Shown here in pieces: positions 1-11,942 of a DNA stretch of 64,000 nt. The notes beneath the pieces are model-generated. The model did no database searches and was not told where the DNA came from. It saw only the letters and a list, made by a program, of their open reading frames with translations. This DNA comes from Lama guanicoe (lineage: Eukaryota): NCBI GenBank assembly GCA_013239625.1, contig MU057347.1:1203459-1267458 (forward strand), read 5' to 3'. Position numbers and translations under genes: made by a program. How positions within the stretch are numbered: position 1 is the stretch's first letter; each line of letters opens with the position of its first letter.

Positions 1-280
1 GGTCAAAGAGCACATGCTGTAGGATGCTGTTTATGTAAAGTTCTATAACAGGCAAAAGCAATCTTTATTAGAGGTCCAGATAGTGGTCGCCCTTTCTGGG
101 GTCAGTGACCATAAGGGAGCACAATGGGTCTTTAGGGGGCTGACAGTGTTCTGTCTCTCGATGTGAGAATTGGTCACAGGAGGTGGATTCAGTTTGTAAA
201 AATTTACTGAGCTGTCCACTCAATGACATGTGCTCTTTTTTGTATGCATGTTACACTTCCATAAAAGTTGGGAAAAGGGA
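1..280 (+). mobile_element. Ancient L1M (L1ME/MC-like) 3' end fragment
   Basis: tttatgtaaagttc...acaggcaaaa...atagtggt...tttgtaaaaatt.actgagctgt.cact...gttacacttccataaaa resembles the L1M 3'UTR. Confidence 0.7.
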
Positions 281-676
281 AAAAAGGCTGAGGCCAGTGA
301 CCATGGCCGAGCAGCTGAGAGCCTGGTGTAATCAATTCCTGCCACCCGTTCTACACTGGGCACCGGAGCTGAGTGGCAGTGTATGTTACTTTATTCAACT
401 AGTCAAAGAACAAGGTTGATGTGAACTGCCAATCTGTACATAAAGAGTAGAGGCTCTGGGAGGAAAATTAAATGACACATCCAGTCACCCAATAGCTCAG
501 AGATCAGGGGACACACCCACAGTGACAGAGCTAAAAGCTAGTGGCTGTGCTGGGGTTTGGAGCAGGTGTGCTGGTCTCCAGAGTGGGTGGTGGGCTCAGT
601 GCTGTGCTTCACCGACTGCCAGCTGAACAGAGAGAGGAACCCACCAGAGCAAGTGAAGTCTGGGGTGAAGTCAGTT

Positions 677-830
677 TTGGGGTCAGTTTTCTCATCTCTG
701 AAATGGGGGCACAATCACAGGAGCTTAAACGCAGGGATGCCTGCAGGGGGCTGGACTGGCGCCTGGCATAGAGCACCTGCTCAGATCTTACTTACCGTTA
801 ATGTTGATGATGAAGATGTGAAAAATAAGT
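677..830 (+). mobile_element. MIR SINE fragment
   Basis: Core tcagttttctcatctctgaaatggggg followed by gcctggcatagagca. Confidence 0.65.
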
Positions 831-1319
831 AATTAATGATACAGACATCAGTCAACGAACAGTTATTGAGCCCCTGCTATGTGCCAGGGCCTGACCTGGG
901 CTGCTGACCTGGGCTGTGCCCAGGAAGCTGCTGGTGCAGAGGCTGCTGGGGACCTTGGCCTAGCCCCACCCTCACGGTCATTTTTTTTTTCCTTTCCCTC
1001 CCCCCTCCCCTTCCCTTGGGAAATCACAGCATTAATGTGGGAGGGAACAGGGCTCTCCCTCTCACACACTCCATGACTTTGGATGGGTTACCCGAGCTCT
1101 CTGCTACCGAGCCTCAGTTCCCCATGTTGTCTGTGAGGACCCGGCACACACAGGGCCTCAAACAACCCTTCCTGTTCTCCTCCTCACCTCCCCCTCCTCT
1201 CTTCTCCTTCCGCCCTGCTTCCCCTCTGTTTCCTTCTTGCCTAAGCCTTCGACAACTTAATGCCCAAAGGCATTGTCAAGCTCAGTTGATGGCACCCAGG
1301 CCATGGCAAATACTGTGGA

Positions 1320-1750
1320 CTAACTTACCTGATACCCAAACTCAACATTTCTCTCTTCCCTCTCTCAACTACAGAGGATGAGAAACGAAATTCTTTCTTT
1401 CCCAGGCCCTCTTGCAGCTTAGGGTAGCCACGTGACCCTTTCCAACGAGATGTCCACAAAACTCTATTGGCAACTCTCTGGGAAAGCTTTTGCACTGCTG
1501 AACTAGGCTAATACCACCCCATTCCCATCTTCCTCTCACCTTGAATGTGGACAAGATGGCTGGAGCAATTGCAGCCAACTTGCAAGCATGAGGAAAAGTC
1601 AACAACATCACAGAGTCACCAACCCAACATGGCCAACGTCAGCTGACCAGCAGCGGCTCCTGCATTCTTCCTGTTTCAGGTGTAAAAAAACTTTCATGTT
1701 TTGCTATACAGCCAGCTGGGTTTTTGGACCTGTAGTCAAAAGCATCTCTG
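1320..1750 (+). mobile_element. Old MaLR solo LTR (MLT1J/K-like)
   Basis: ttcccaggccctcttgcagcttaggg.agccacgtgacc...aatgtggacaagatggctggagcaattgcagcca.cttgcaagcatgagg, typical of old MLT1 LTRs. Confidence 0.6.
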
Positions 1751-2734
1751 GCCAATTCTCAGGGCTCCTATTTGTGGATGGATGGGACAGCAAGGCCCCC
1801 CACACCCCTGTGGCCTTTTCTCTAGAGAGTTGACTCCTTAAAGAGACTGAGGAGGGGGCTGTGTCAGGGCCCCTGCTTGGCCACTGTGGTACATGGGGCA
1901 CTCTGTGGGGAAGGGACCAGGCTCCGCACAAGTGTGCCCGAGCACTTCCTGAGCCGGGGTAGTGTTCCAGTTAAAGAGGATCTTTTGTTTCGATCCTGTT
2001 TTTTTCTTGAGGCACTTTGAGCCATTCCAAACATCCAATGGCCTTAAAATGACCATGGGGCAGGCAAGCATGGGCTCTGTTACTCACTTCTACTGAGGAG
2101 GAAGCTGCAGGAGAGAGAGGAGTGGCCAGCCTGAGGCCGGGCTGCCTGTGGTCACGCTGGGCTGAGCCCCTGTTCCCACCTGTCCTTAGCACCCAGCCCA
2201 AAGCTCAGGGCTAGCCAGGCCCTGCTGTTCCCTGCTGAAGGCTGGAGGGGGGCTGGCTGCAGGGAGGAGAGGCAGGTGAGCAGACCTGTGGGTCTCTTTG
2301 CCAGCTTTGCCAGCGACATGCCTGCCTACTGCTGACCCCTGACAAACTGACTTCCTCACCAGAAGAGTTTCCTTGAAGAAAGGGGCTCCTCTGTCAAAAA
2401 GCAAACTTTGAAAACCACTGAAGTCTGACCCAAACCTGCTGTTCCAGTAACAGGGAAGCTGCAATGTGGAGAAGTGAAAGTGAGACAGCTGGTGCGGGGC
2501 AGGGCCACACCTAGAGTTGGAGTCGCTGGGCTCTCTCGGGGGCTCATCTCCACCTGCTGTCACCCCCAGTTAAGCCCCTGCCCCTCTGGCCGAGGAAGGT
2601 GGGCTCTGAAGCTCCACATTGCACACGACTATGTGTAACACCAGGCGGGCCGGGGAGCACTGTCTTCTGCAGGCTGCTCAGGCTTATCCCAAGCACATGT
2701 CCCTCGCTCCCCTGTTCTAGCTCTGCCTTGCTAT

Positions 2735-3070
2735 TCTTACCCCAGGGCCTTTGCACTGGCTGCCAGCTCCACCTGGAAAGACTTTCTCCCACAGGGCTGG
2801 CCACTTCTTATCATTCAGGTCTGGGCTCGGATGCCATCTTTTTAGAGAGGCTTTCTCACCGAGAGGCACAGTCTATCAACAGATTCTATTTTAATACTCT
2901 GCCCCAAACTTCTCACTTTTGAGTATTTTTTTTCCTTGTTGATTTGTCATCTCTACAGCCTGTGAGCTCCTTGAGAGTGGGCTCCTTGTCTGTCTCATTC
3001 ACTGCTGTATCCTGTGTTCAGAACAGGGTCTGGGACATCGGAGGTATTTAAATGATTTTTGAATGGAGGA
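2735..3070 (+). mobile_element. L2 LINE 3' end
   Basis: cagggcctttgcactggc...tgtgagctccttgagagt...cattcactgctgtatcc...tttttgaatg. Confidence 0.75.
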
Positions 3071-5074
3071 GGAGATTTTTTGAAAAATTATACAAACACA
3101 GGGTCGCAGGGAGGGCAAGGGGTCTAGAGGGCTGTGAGCAGAAGCCGTGGGCCTCTGTCTCCTTCATCTGAGTGGAGGCAGGGGAGCTCCCAGCCCAGCG
3201 GGGGTCGATGCCCGGTCACACTGTAAGCTAAGTGAAGCCGCAGGCACAAACTCACAGTGTGACACTGTGCGGGGCCACCCTCAGAAAAAAAAAAGGGGGG
3301 GGCCTGTTAATGAAGTAAACACAAGCACAACCAGGAAAAATCTTGGCCATGGTTCTTCGAGTCCACCCAGAGCCATTATCTCTAATTGATCTCCAGACAT
3401 CAGCTGCTGAAGCGTCTGAAGCCCTCCTGCCTTTTCCAGGTCTGGTTACAAAGCCCTGGCCCACCCACCCACCTGAGTGGGGTCTGGTCTCCTGGAGCAG
3501 CTCTTTGCTGGGGGCCGAGACCTGTCTGGGCTCCACCTGAGAAGGAGCCATCAGGCTCGCAGGGTTGCGGGGTCTAGAAGCTGTGTAAAAGCCATGATGC
3601 TCACTGCTCGGCTGCCAGAGCCCAGCGGCCTGCACTGCGGTGCCTGAAGCCGAAGGCTCCACAAAGCCACTAGGGGTCTTGTCCTCAAACAAATGGGACA
3701 AAAAATAGGAAGGGCTGGAGAAAGCGCCCTGCCCAAGATATCCCCCCAGCTCGAGAGGAGAGCCTCCGAGAACTGGAGCAGGAGAGGCGCTGTTAGAAAC
3801 AACAGCACACAACAGGACTTGGCCACGAGACAAGAAGGCCCATCTGGGTATCATGCCAGACCCAGAGTCGGGGGTCACAAGGTCAGCCATCGGTTCAGTG
3901 ACCATCTGCATGTTTTGAGCTGCTCCTTCCTGCCCAACCCGGGAGAGAGACGCCTTCTTTCCTGCTGGATCTCTCCTGTTCTTAGAGACAGATCAGGGAG
4001 TCAGCCACCTAGGGTGCCTGGAGGGGCGGTTCACAGTCACAGCACCGAGAAGACAGAGCTGCCCCCCATTTAAGAAGGCCCAGGTCGCAGCTCCTGACTT
4101 TGCCCCGCCATTCCCCTTGACATAGATAAAGCCTCCCCAGGCCAGCTCTGCATGCAGGATCCTGCTCTGGGCACCAGGCAGCTCTCCTGCCTGCACCAGT
4201 AAATTATGGGCACTGCGTGCATTTAATTTTTCCCCGGATAATGAAGTCGAAAGGCCACATCAGCATCCTCACATGCGTGGGGGTGGATCTGGCAGCCTGG
4301 AAGGGGACTGAGACTTTAGGAGCTGATGGGGACAATGAGCTGTTTAGGTTCGGGGTATCTACCAACTCCATCAGGCCACTGGCTTTGGAGACAGGATGTT
4401 GGTTGTTTTCTGCTTTTTTCCCACACAGCTTCAGGGAAGCAGGCGGAAAGAAGAGAGACGGAGACGTCTCTGAACCCAGGCTGTTCTGGCAAAACAGCTG
4501 TCGGGCTCATTTTCTTTGAGTGTTTGTAAACTGCAGCAAGTTTCTTGAAAGCCCCCAAGGATTCTCAATGATATATACTGATCCCTAAAATAATGCCCTG
4601 TTACAAAGATGTTCGACAATAGGGCTTCTCACTCCCCTTTTTGTCCTCTCAGAAAAGAGGATTCCCAGAAAACTTTCCCTCTCAAGTTTGGAAATGCCCT
4701 ATTTTTGCTTGACACCATCTTTAGGAGGGTGGGCACACTGGGTTGTCAGTATTTATAGCCCCCAGATTCCAACACAGAACCATGATGCTCCTGGCTCACA
4801 GTCACTCTGTTTTGGGGGCGAACAGAAACCTGCGGTCAAAGTGTCTCAGCTTAATGTTTATGTGGTCTGATCAACGGTGCCTCCTGCATGTCTCCCTCAC
4901 CAAGAAGGGGGTACAAAATTTTTTAGGCATTAAACATTTTTTTCAAATAACTTTTTTTTTCAAGCCAAGAGAACTTTTAAAAAGAAGGACAACAAGGAGG
5001 GGAACCATTCCTGCTAGACAGTAAGGCATCTTAGTCATTAGACATACGAGTTATTAAGACATCTTAGTCTCAAT

Positions 5075-7135
5075 ACTTAAAACAGTGTGGAGCTGGTACG
5101 TGAATAGACAAAGAAGCCAATGGACTGAATAGAAGTAGATTCTGTTTCAGATGGAAATTCAGCATATTATAAAGATGGCATCTCAAATCAATGGGAAGAA
5201 AACAGATTCTTTAACAAATCATGTTGACACAGAGGGGTAAAGCAGGATCTCTATCTCCGAATATACCAGGATAAATCCCAAATGGATTGAAGATTAAATA
5301 CGAAAAATGAAAACATGTATTTTTTTTGCTCTATCAGCTGAGTGCGTCTAAAAGAAAGTATACCCCAGTACCAATAAGCACACTGAGTACCCAGATCTTG
5401 GTTTTCAATATGATTTTACAATAAAAGGAGTCAGAGCTCCTTAGAGTTATGGCTGATTCTAGGATTGGGGCCGAAAATATATAAGATGAGCCTGGAGGAC
5501 CTTGTAGTGCCAGAAAGTAAAGAAACACTAAAACAAAACGAAGTCCTACAAAAAACAAACCCCCCCCCCCAAAAAAAATTGGTGGGGATATGTCAAAAGA
5601 TCTCCCTGTGATCAAAACTGAAATAAGTTTGAGCATCAAAATAGATAAAGCAGTATTGAATTACAATTACAACCCAAAGTATGAAATAAATAGCTGTATA
5701 AATAAATGATTGAATAAATTTAAAAATGAGGAAGGAGAGACAGATATCCCATGTGAAAGAATTCCAAATAATGTATGTAGCTTCTTCATCAAGGAGAGAA
5801 ATTATAACCCCCACTCCTCAGGTGTGGCTGCACATGGTGACTTCTCTCCCAAGTGCACGGTATAGAGAGGGTAAAAGAACAACTTTACACTGATGAGACC
5901 TGACACCAAGGCAACACCAACAGTCCTGAATCATGGTGACAGTATGTACCCGTAATATGATGTGGTGACAGTGGCTCTCGGTGTCTGTGGTCTTCCTCCT
6001 AAAAACCCATAACCCCAGTTTCATATTGAGAAGAAACATCAGGCAAATGCCAAAATTCTACAAAATACCTGACCAGTATGCTTTAAAACTGTCAAGGTCA
6101 TTAAAACCAAGGAAAGGCTAGGAAACTATCATAGCCAAGAGAAGCCTGAGGAGATGTGACAAGTGAATGTAATATTGTATCTCAGATAGGATTGTGAAAC
6201 AGGAAAAGGACATTAAACTAAGGAAATCTAAGTAAACTATAACCTTTAGTTAACAATAATGTATCCATATTGGTTCCTTAATTGTAACAAAGGTATCATA
6301 CTAATGTAAGCTAGTAGCAATAGGAGTAAACTGCATGTAGTAGGGGAGAGTAATGCGGGAATTCTATACTATCTTCTCAATTTTTCTGTAAATCTAAAAC
6401 TATTCTAAAAAATAGTCTATTAAAAAATGAAAATACTAAAAGAGAACAGGGAGGCAGAGTGGAGTTAGCCTTTTACAGATTCAAATACAGAAGCTATTAA
6501 AGAAAAAAATGATAAATTTGAGTACATAAAAATAAAAATGACAAAACACACACTCCATAAGCAAGATCAAAAGATAGAGGGCTACCAGAAATTAACATAA
6601 CATTGTAAACTGACTATAACTCAATAAAATTTAAAAAAAAAAGAGAGAGAGCTAAGATTGGGGAGAAAAAGGCAAATGACTAACTCTGGGGAATCAAAAG
6701 AAAGAAAATGTAATCACAGTGGGCTAGTTGGCTCAGCTATGAATAACCTACACAGTCATAATAACATAAATATAATAAGTTATCTAAATAGGGAGGTATA
6801 GATAATATTGAGGAATGGAGGAAGAAGAAATGATACCTGTGTATATGAGAGGGTGTAATAGTGTAAATACTTATCTCTTACAGCAAGGAATTAAACAACA
6901 ACCACCAAAATAGCCCAAATTGAAAAATCAAGAACTAGCAGTGTGATCATATGTTATTTAGAAATAGGAGACAAATTCCAGAAGAGATAGCTAAAATATA
7001 AGAAAGAAGAGACACTGTCTCTGAAGGGTAGAAATTGAAGTGGGGAGGCTGGGGAAGGCTCTGCTGTTTTTCTGTATGATTCATAAAATATGTATTTTAT
7101 TGATAAAAATAAAAATGAATACAAATAAACAAAAA
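5075..7135 (+). mobile_element. Composite of decayed L1 pieces (ORF2 remnant; L1MC/L1MD-type 3'UTR at about 5335-6430; further L1MC-like tail at about 6700-7135)
   Basis: A-rich block with ctgtggtcttcctcc.aaaaacccataaccccagt...aaaactgtcaaggtcat...ttctgtaaatctaaaactattctaaaa, characteristic of L1MC/MD 3'UTRs; no intact ORF. Confidence 0.75.
6585..6638 (+). mobile_element. Ultra-short 5'-truncated younger L1 tail with 16-bp target-site duplication
   Basis: ccagaaattaacataacattgtaaactgactataactcaataaaa + A-run, flanked by aaaagatagagggcta (6569-6584) and aaaagagagagagcta (6639-6654), 14/16 identical. Confidence 0.75.
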
Positions 7136-8069
7136 AGACAAAGGGCTGCTTGAGAAGCTGTTTCTGAGGGTTAGCTGCTCTGGGGTTATGGGGGAGGGCC
7201 TGAAGGGCACCGGGTAGAACCTGAGAGCTGCTACCCCATCTGCACATCTCACAGCAGAAATGTTCCAAGGATCATTCGTTGCCTGGAGAAATCCAAACAT
7301 CAGCCTTGGTCAAGGTCAGTATTTCAGTGGCTTTTTGTTTTTCTTGCTGCAGTACAAACCTTCCGCAGTGCCAGGGATTTGCTGAGATGGGAAAAGGTTT
7401 GTGCTAAAGATTCTCAGATCTTGAAAATGGGGCCAGTGGCATTTCAGACCCTTCTAGAGCTCTCCTGGAGGCAAGCTAGGCCTCCCTGTCTCAGCTGCAT
7501 AAAAGTAACAGGCCGGCTGATCCCAGAGAACTGTTGGGGATGTCTGAGATGAGGAGGGACAAGAAACAGAGCAAGAGAAGAAAGCCAGAAGTGGACCAGG
7601 AAGGCCAGGAGTTGGGAAGAAGGGGAGGAAGCTGGGAATTGAGAAAGTGGACCCATCATACGTTGGTGGGTGGGCCCAGTGGGGAGAGGAAGAGAGGGAC
7701 TAAAATCCAGGCAGCTAAGGCAGCAGACCCCACTTTCTCCCAAGTTCCACAGGGTCCATCCCTCATCTTGCTTCCATGCACATTTCCAGAGAGCAGACAC
7801 TGATGCCCAAAGTATAAAGATACTGGTCTAGAGAAGTGGTTATAGAAAGTAACAAAAATTGCAAAGGTGAAGAGACTGACGATGGGGAAGATGCTGAGGG
7901 CTGAGAAAGAAAGATGCTGCCTCTCACAATGAAGCCCAAGGTACTCTTTGTGTCCATGGGACCTGCTGCCCTCCTCAACCTCCCCTCGGAGGCAGGCCTC
8001 TGAGATCAAGAGGCTCTGAAATCTTACTGGGAAACTGTGACTTTGATTAACATAAAATATCTCACTTTG

Positions 8070-8470
8070 CCTATTAATGCTTTTTTTGCCTGGAGTATGT
8101 TTGCCTTGAATTTGTTTGACATTAATAGCAATGTCTTTTCTTTCTTATGTTTTCATCTTCATTTTTGTGACTTTTAAAAAGTGTTTTGTAAATACCGAAT
8201 GGATTTTACCATCAAAAAGCCTCATCTGAGCCTTTCTGACTCTTTGTAGTGGAATTTAACCAATTTACATTTATTGTGATTTACTGGTGTTTGATCTTGT
8301 TCCTGTTAGGTTACCTATGTTTCCTATTTATTATATCTCTTTTTGGTTGTTTCTTCTTTTATGCCCTCATTTAATTACTCTTGCTGGACTGATCAAGTTT
8401 TCTTTGTTTCTTTTACTTTTCTCTAGTGGCTTAGAAGTTATATGTTCTATTTCAATTCCATGAAGATTAT
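8070..8470 (-). mobile_element. Decayed L1 fragment, antisense
   Basis: T-rich tract containing gaatttaaccaatttacatttattgtgatttactg, typical of antisense old L1 ORF2. Confidence 0.55.
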
Positions 8471-9006
8471 TGCTTAATTTTCAAGAAACACACCCAAACC
8501 TCTCCTTCCTTAAGAAACCATTAAAGGTTATACAACATTGTGAGCCACAGCTGTGGACGTGGCAAAGTTCCCATTCTGCTATTTCTCCCCTGAGCTCACA
8601 CCTCACCTGGGCAGCAGGACAGCCTGAGGAAGGGAAGGAGGAACTCATTACTGCTATCAAGCGCTTAAATCTGGAGGTCAGAGTCAGCACTCACAGGTTC
8701 CCCACAGGTAAAAGTCCTGTGAGTCAGGGACTGTTCAAGTAAGTGACAGGCTCTCACTGTAACCCATAAACTGTGCTTCTTCTTTGGGTCTGCCCATTTT
8801 CTTGGGGTCCTTCTGAGCAAGAAGGAGGTTGAGAATGTCCATGAGAAAATAAAGCCACAAAGAGGGGTAAGACTCAGAAAGAGAAGGAGCAGATCCCTGT
8901 TTTAATCCTTCCCTGTCCCACAATCTGGTCTAAAAGATTACAGAGTGAATGTGGCTAGCCACTAAGTGGCTAGGGTGGCTAGCCACTCATATGTCCATGA
9001 ATGGAT

Positions 9007-9149
9007 NNNNNNNNNNNNNNNNNNNNNNNNNNNNNNNNNNNNNNNNNNNNNNNNNNNNNNNNNNNNNNNNNNNNNNNNNNNNNNNNNNNNNNNNNNNNNN
9101 NNNNNNNNNNNNNNNNNNNNNNNNNNNNNNNNNNNNNNNNNNNNNNNNN
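9007..9149. other. Assembly gap (143 N); other gaps at 25454-25593, 26979-27110, 30176-30411, 37149-37368, 41853-42056 and 55514-55653
   Basis: Runs of N seen directly. Confidence 0.99.
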
Positions 9150-9367
9150 TATGTGATTCTCCTTATATGAGGTACCTAGACAATCACATTTATAGAGACA
9201 GAAAGTAAAACAGTGGTTACCAGGGGCTGGGGGTGGGGAGAATGGGGAATTATTGCCTAATGGTTACAGAATTTCTGTTTAGAATGATGAAGAAATTTTG
9301 GAAGTAGACAGTGGTAATGATAGCACAGCACTGTGAGTGTACTTAATGCCACTGAACTGTACAGTTA

Positions 9368-9715
9368 GGGAGAGATTGTCGAGATGGCAGAGTAGAAGGA
9401 TGCATTGTTCATCCTCTCCCATGAATACAGCAAAAACTACATCTACGTACAGAACAGTTCTCACAGAATACCTACTGATCTTTGCAGAATATCTCTTACA
9501 ATTGGAAATACAAGGAAATCCTCACAGAACTGGATAAACAACACATTTCCACTGTATAGCACAGGGGACTATGTTCAGTATCTTATAGTAACCTATACTG
9601 AAAAAGAATATGAGAAGGAATATGTGTACGTATATGTATGACTGAAACATTATGCTGTACACCAGAAACTGACACAATGTTGTAAACTGACCTCAATTTA
9701 AAAATGGAAAAAAAA
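9368..9715 (+). mobile_element. Internally deleted L1 (5'UTR start fused to 3'UTR end), about 350 bp
   Basis: Starts gggagagattgtcgagatggcagagtagaagga (L1 5' terminus-like) and ends ctgtatagcacagggga...tatgctgtacaccagaaactgacacaa...tgtaaactga...caattt + A-rich tail. Confidence 0.7.
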
Positions 9716-10319
9716 TGGCTAAAATGGTGATTTTTATGTCACATATATTTTACCACAATTAAAAGAAAAGTAACTGTGGAGTGGGCTTGTTTCCTCCTCC
9801 ACTAAGGGAGCTGGAGCCTGAGAAACTTCCGCACTTGGAATGTGCTCGCTTCCTGCCCAAGTGCTCGCCTGGCTCCCCGGGGCCGACGGAGGAAAGGGCT
9901 CTCTGCTGGCCTCACTTCCAAGAGAGGCACGTGCTCTGAGGCCCCTCTGCCGCTTCTTTTTCCTTCCTTCTCCTCCTTTCCCCAAACTGACCCTGGCCTT
10001 CCCCAGCCCAGGTCCTCCTGGAGCTGTCACCCCTCAGCTGCCCTCACCTGGGCACTCTGCTGGTCCAAATCTCATTTTAAAATAAGTGAGTGTCCTCTGA
10101 ACCGCCTGGCAGCTTCCTGGTCTCTCCTTGTTTCTGTTGTCTGTCCTGGGTGACAGTTCCACAACTGTTATCTTGTCCCTTCTACTACGAAGAGTTCCTT
10201 GAAAGCAACTACGCTGTCTTATTCATCTTGGTGGCCCTGGTCTCTCTGACAAGGTCAGTCAGTGTGTCTGATAAACCGAAGTTGCATAATAACATTACCA
10301 TCAATAGTAGCAGAGGTCA

Positions 10320-10545
10320 CTGAGATTTCTTCCATGCTTCTAAGGTGCCCAGCACTGTGCTAAGCACGAAGCCTGCTTTGTGTCATTGAACACTTGGAAT
10401 AACACTGTGAGGTAGATGTATTGTTATTACTCTCAAGTAACATGAGGAAAAAGAAGCACAGAGAGGTGAAGCAATCTGCCCAAAGTCACACAGCTGGGAG
10501 GTACTAGAACTGGTACTGTCAGCCTGACCCCAGGGTCTGCGGTGG
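10320..10545 (-). mobile_element. MIR SINE
   Basis: atgaggaaaaagaagcacagagaggtgaagcaatctgcccaaagtcacacagct. Confidence 0.75.
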
Positions 10546-11529
10546 ATGGGCTGGAATCCTGGCTGAGAACAGTGCTGCTCCACCCTGGCCCGCTGAGAGG
10601 AGCAAGAGGGCCAGGGCTCTGGAGACCCCAGAGCTCTGGGCAGGGGCTACTCTGCAGGCCTCGCGTGTGTAGGGGGAAGGGAGACCTGCCCCCCCAGCCC
10701 CCAACCTCCAGGACCCAGGAAAACTCTGGGCCAGGAGAAAGCAGCAGAGGAGAGGGAGGCAGAGGTTAATGGAGGCAAGTAAGTGCCTCCATCACGCGGG
10801 TTTAAACAATGGAGCAGCGCACCGTTTCACAGGCTGCTGGGAGAACCATTAAAACCATTAGCGGGACATTAGCGCTGCTCCGAGAACTGGAGAGAGGGGA
10901 GGGGAGGAAGGTTCTGATTGACAGCCTTCCCTGCTCTGGACAGAGCAAGGAGTGGGGGCAGGGTGAGGAGGGGCGGTGGGAACCAGAAAAGAGCCGAGCC
11001 AGGGGTTGCCCTGGGAAAGTTGCTGAACCTCCCGGGGGTCCCAGCCTCTGCTTCTATAAAATGAAAGTATGTGTCGGGGGAAGGAATATGGATGATTTGT
11101 CTCTCTTCTCTCTCTTCTTCGGATCTGGATCTGATTTCTGATTTCTACAACGGGGTCTTGGTTCAAACACTGCGATCTCAGGAAAGATCAGGATAACGTC
11201 ACCCATAATGTGGATATCAAATTATACATGTATCCCTGCAGATAACTGAGCATTCACAAGGTAGGGGGTGACCCCACCCCACCCTGGCCCCCTAACAAAT
11301 CCCTCTTCCCTGTATTTCCGTGAGCATCGTATATGTAAGGCGGTTCCCAGTTCCCAAGCCAAACAAAGCTCTCTGCCTGCTCTGCCAGCTTCTCTGCCGA
11401 GGACGTTTTCTCTCCACTACCCTGCCGGTGATCCGGCACTCAGGACTGCCTCAGATTCTAACGAGCAGGTCCTCATCCAGGAAGTGTGGGGAGAGGTAGG
11501 ACTTGTGCACAGGTCTGAATGGAAGAGAC

Positions 11530-11700
11530 CTGAGTTTCAACTCATGTTAGTGGTTGTGTGACCTTGAGCAAGTCTGTGACCTCTTTGAGCCTCAGCTATG
11601 GAACCTTCCAGATGAGGATAACAGCGTGACCCTGCTGAGCTGTGAGGACGAGGGGTAAAGTGTGTAAAGTGCTGGACACAGAACAGGTGCCTGATTAATA
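11530..11700 (+). mobile_element. MIR SINE
   Basis: cctgagtttcaa...tgtgtgaccttgagcaagtc...acctctttgagcctcag. Confidence 0.7.
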
Positions 11701-11809
11701 ACCCACCTGCCTGAAAAAGCGCCCATCCTGCTCGCTCCCCTGTCCCTCCTCTGTTCCTCCTCTAAGCTCATCCTACAGACCCCAGAGTGTTGATTTCCGT
11801 TTTCCTTGT

Positions 11810-11942
11810 CTCTCACTGAACTGTGAGAGCTGGCAGGGCAGAGACCCTGAACAGTCAGCTCTGTTCACCACTGTCTCCTTAGCACCTGGAAACCTGCCGG
11901 CTCAGGTGCAGGATGGACAGATGGATGGATGGATGGATGGAT
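11810..11942 (+). mobile_element. L2 3' end with (GGAT)n tail
   Basis: actgtgagagctggcagggcagagacc...gttcaccactgtctccttagcacctgg, then atggatggatggatggatggat. Confidence 0.65.

Larger units (their letters stand above)
8988..9770 (+). mobile_element. L1MB-type 3' end, interrupted by a gap and by a younger insertion at 9368-9715
   Basis: atagagacagaaagta...gtggttaccaggggctgggg...gtacttaatgccactgaactgtaca | aaatggctaaaatgg...tattttaccacaattaaaa. Confidence 0.8.

Noticed and set aside
7440-8060. Purine-rich block resembling an old LTR
   Set aside because: I could not assign a family, termini or TSD with confidence; needs a Dfam search.
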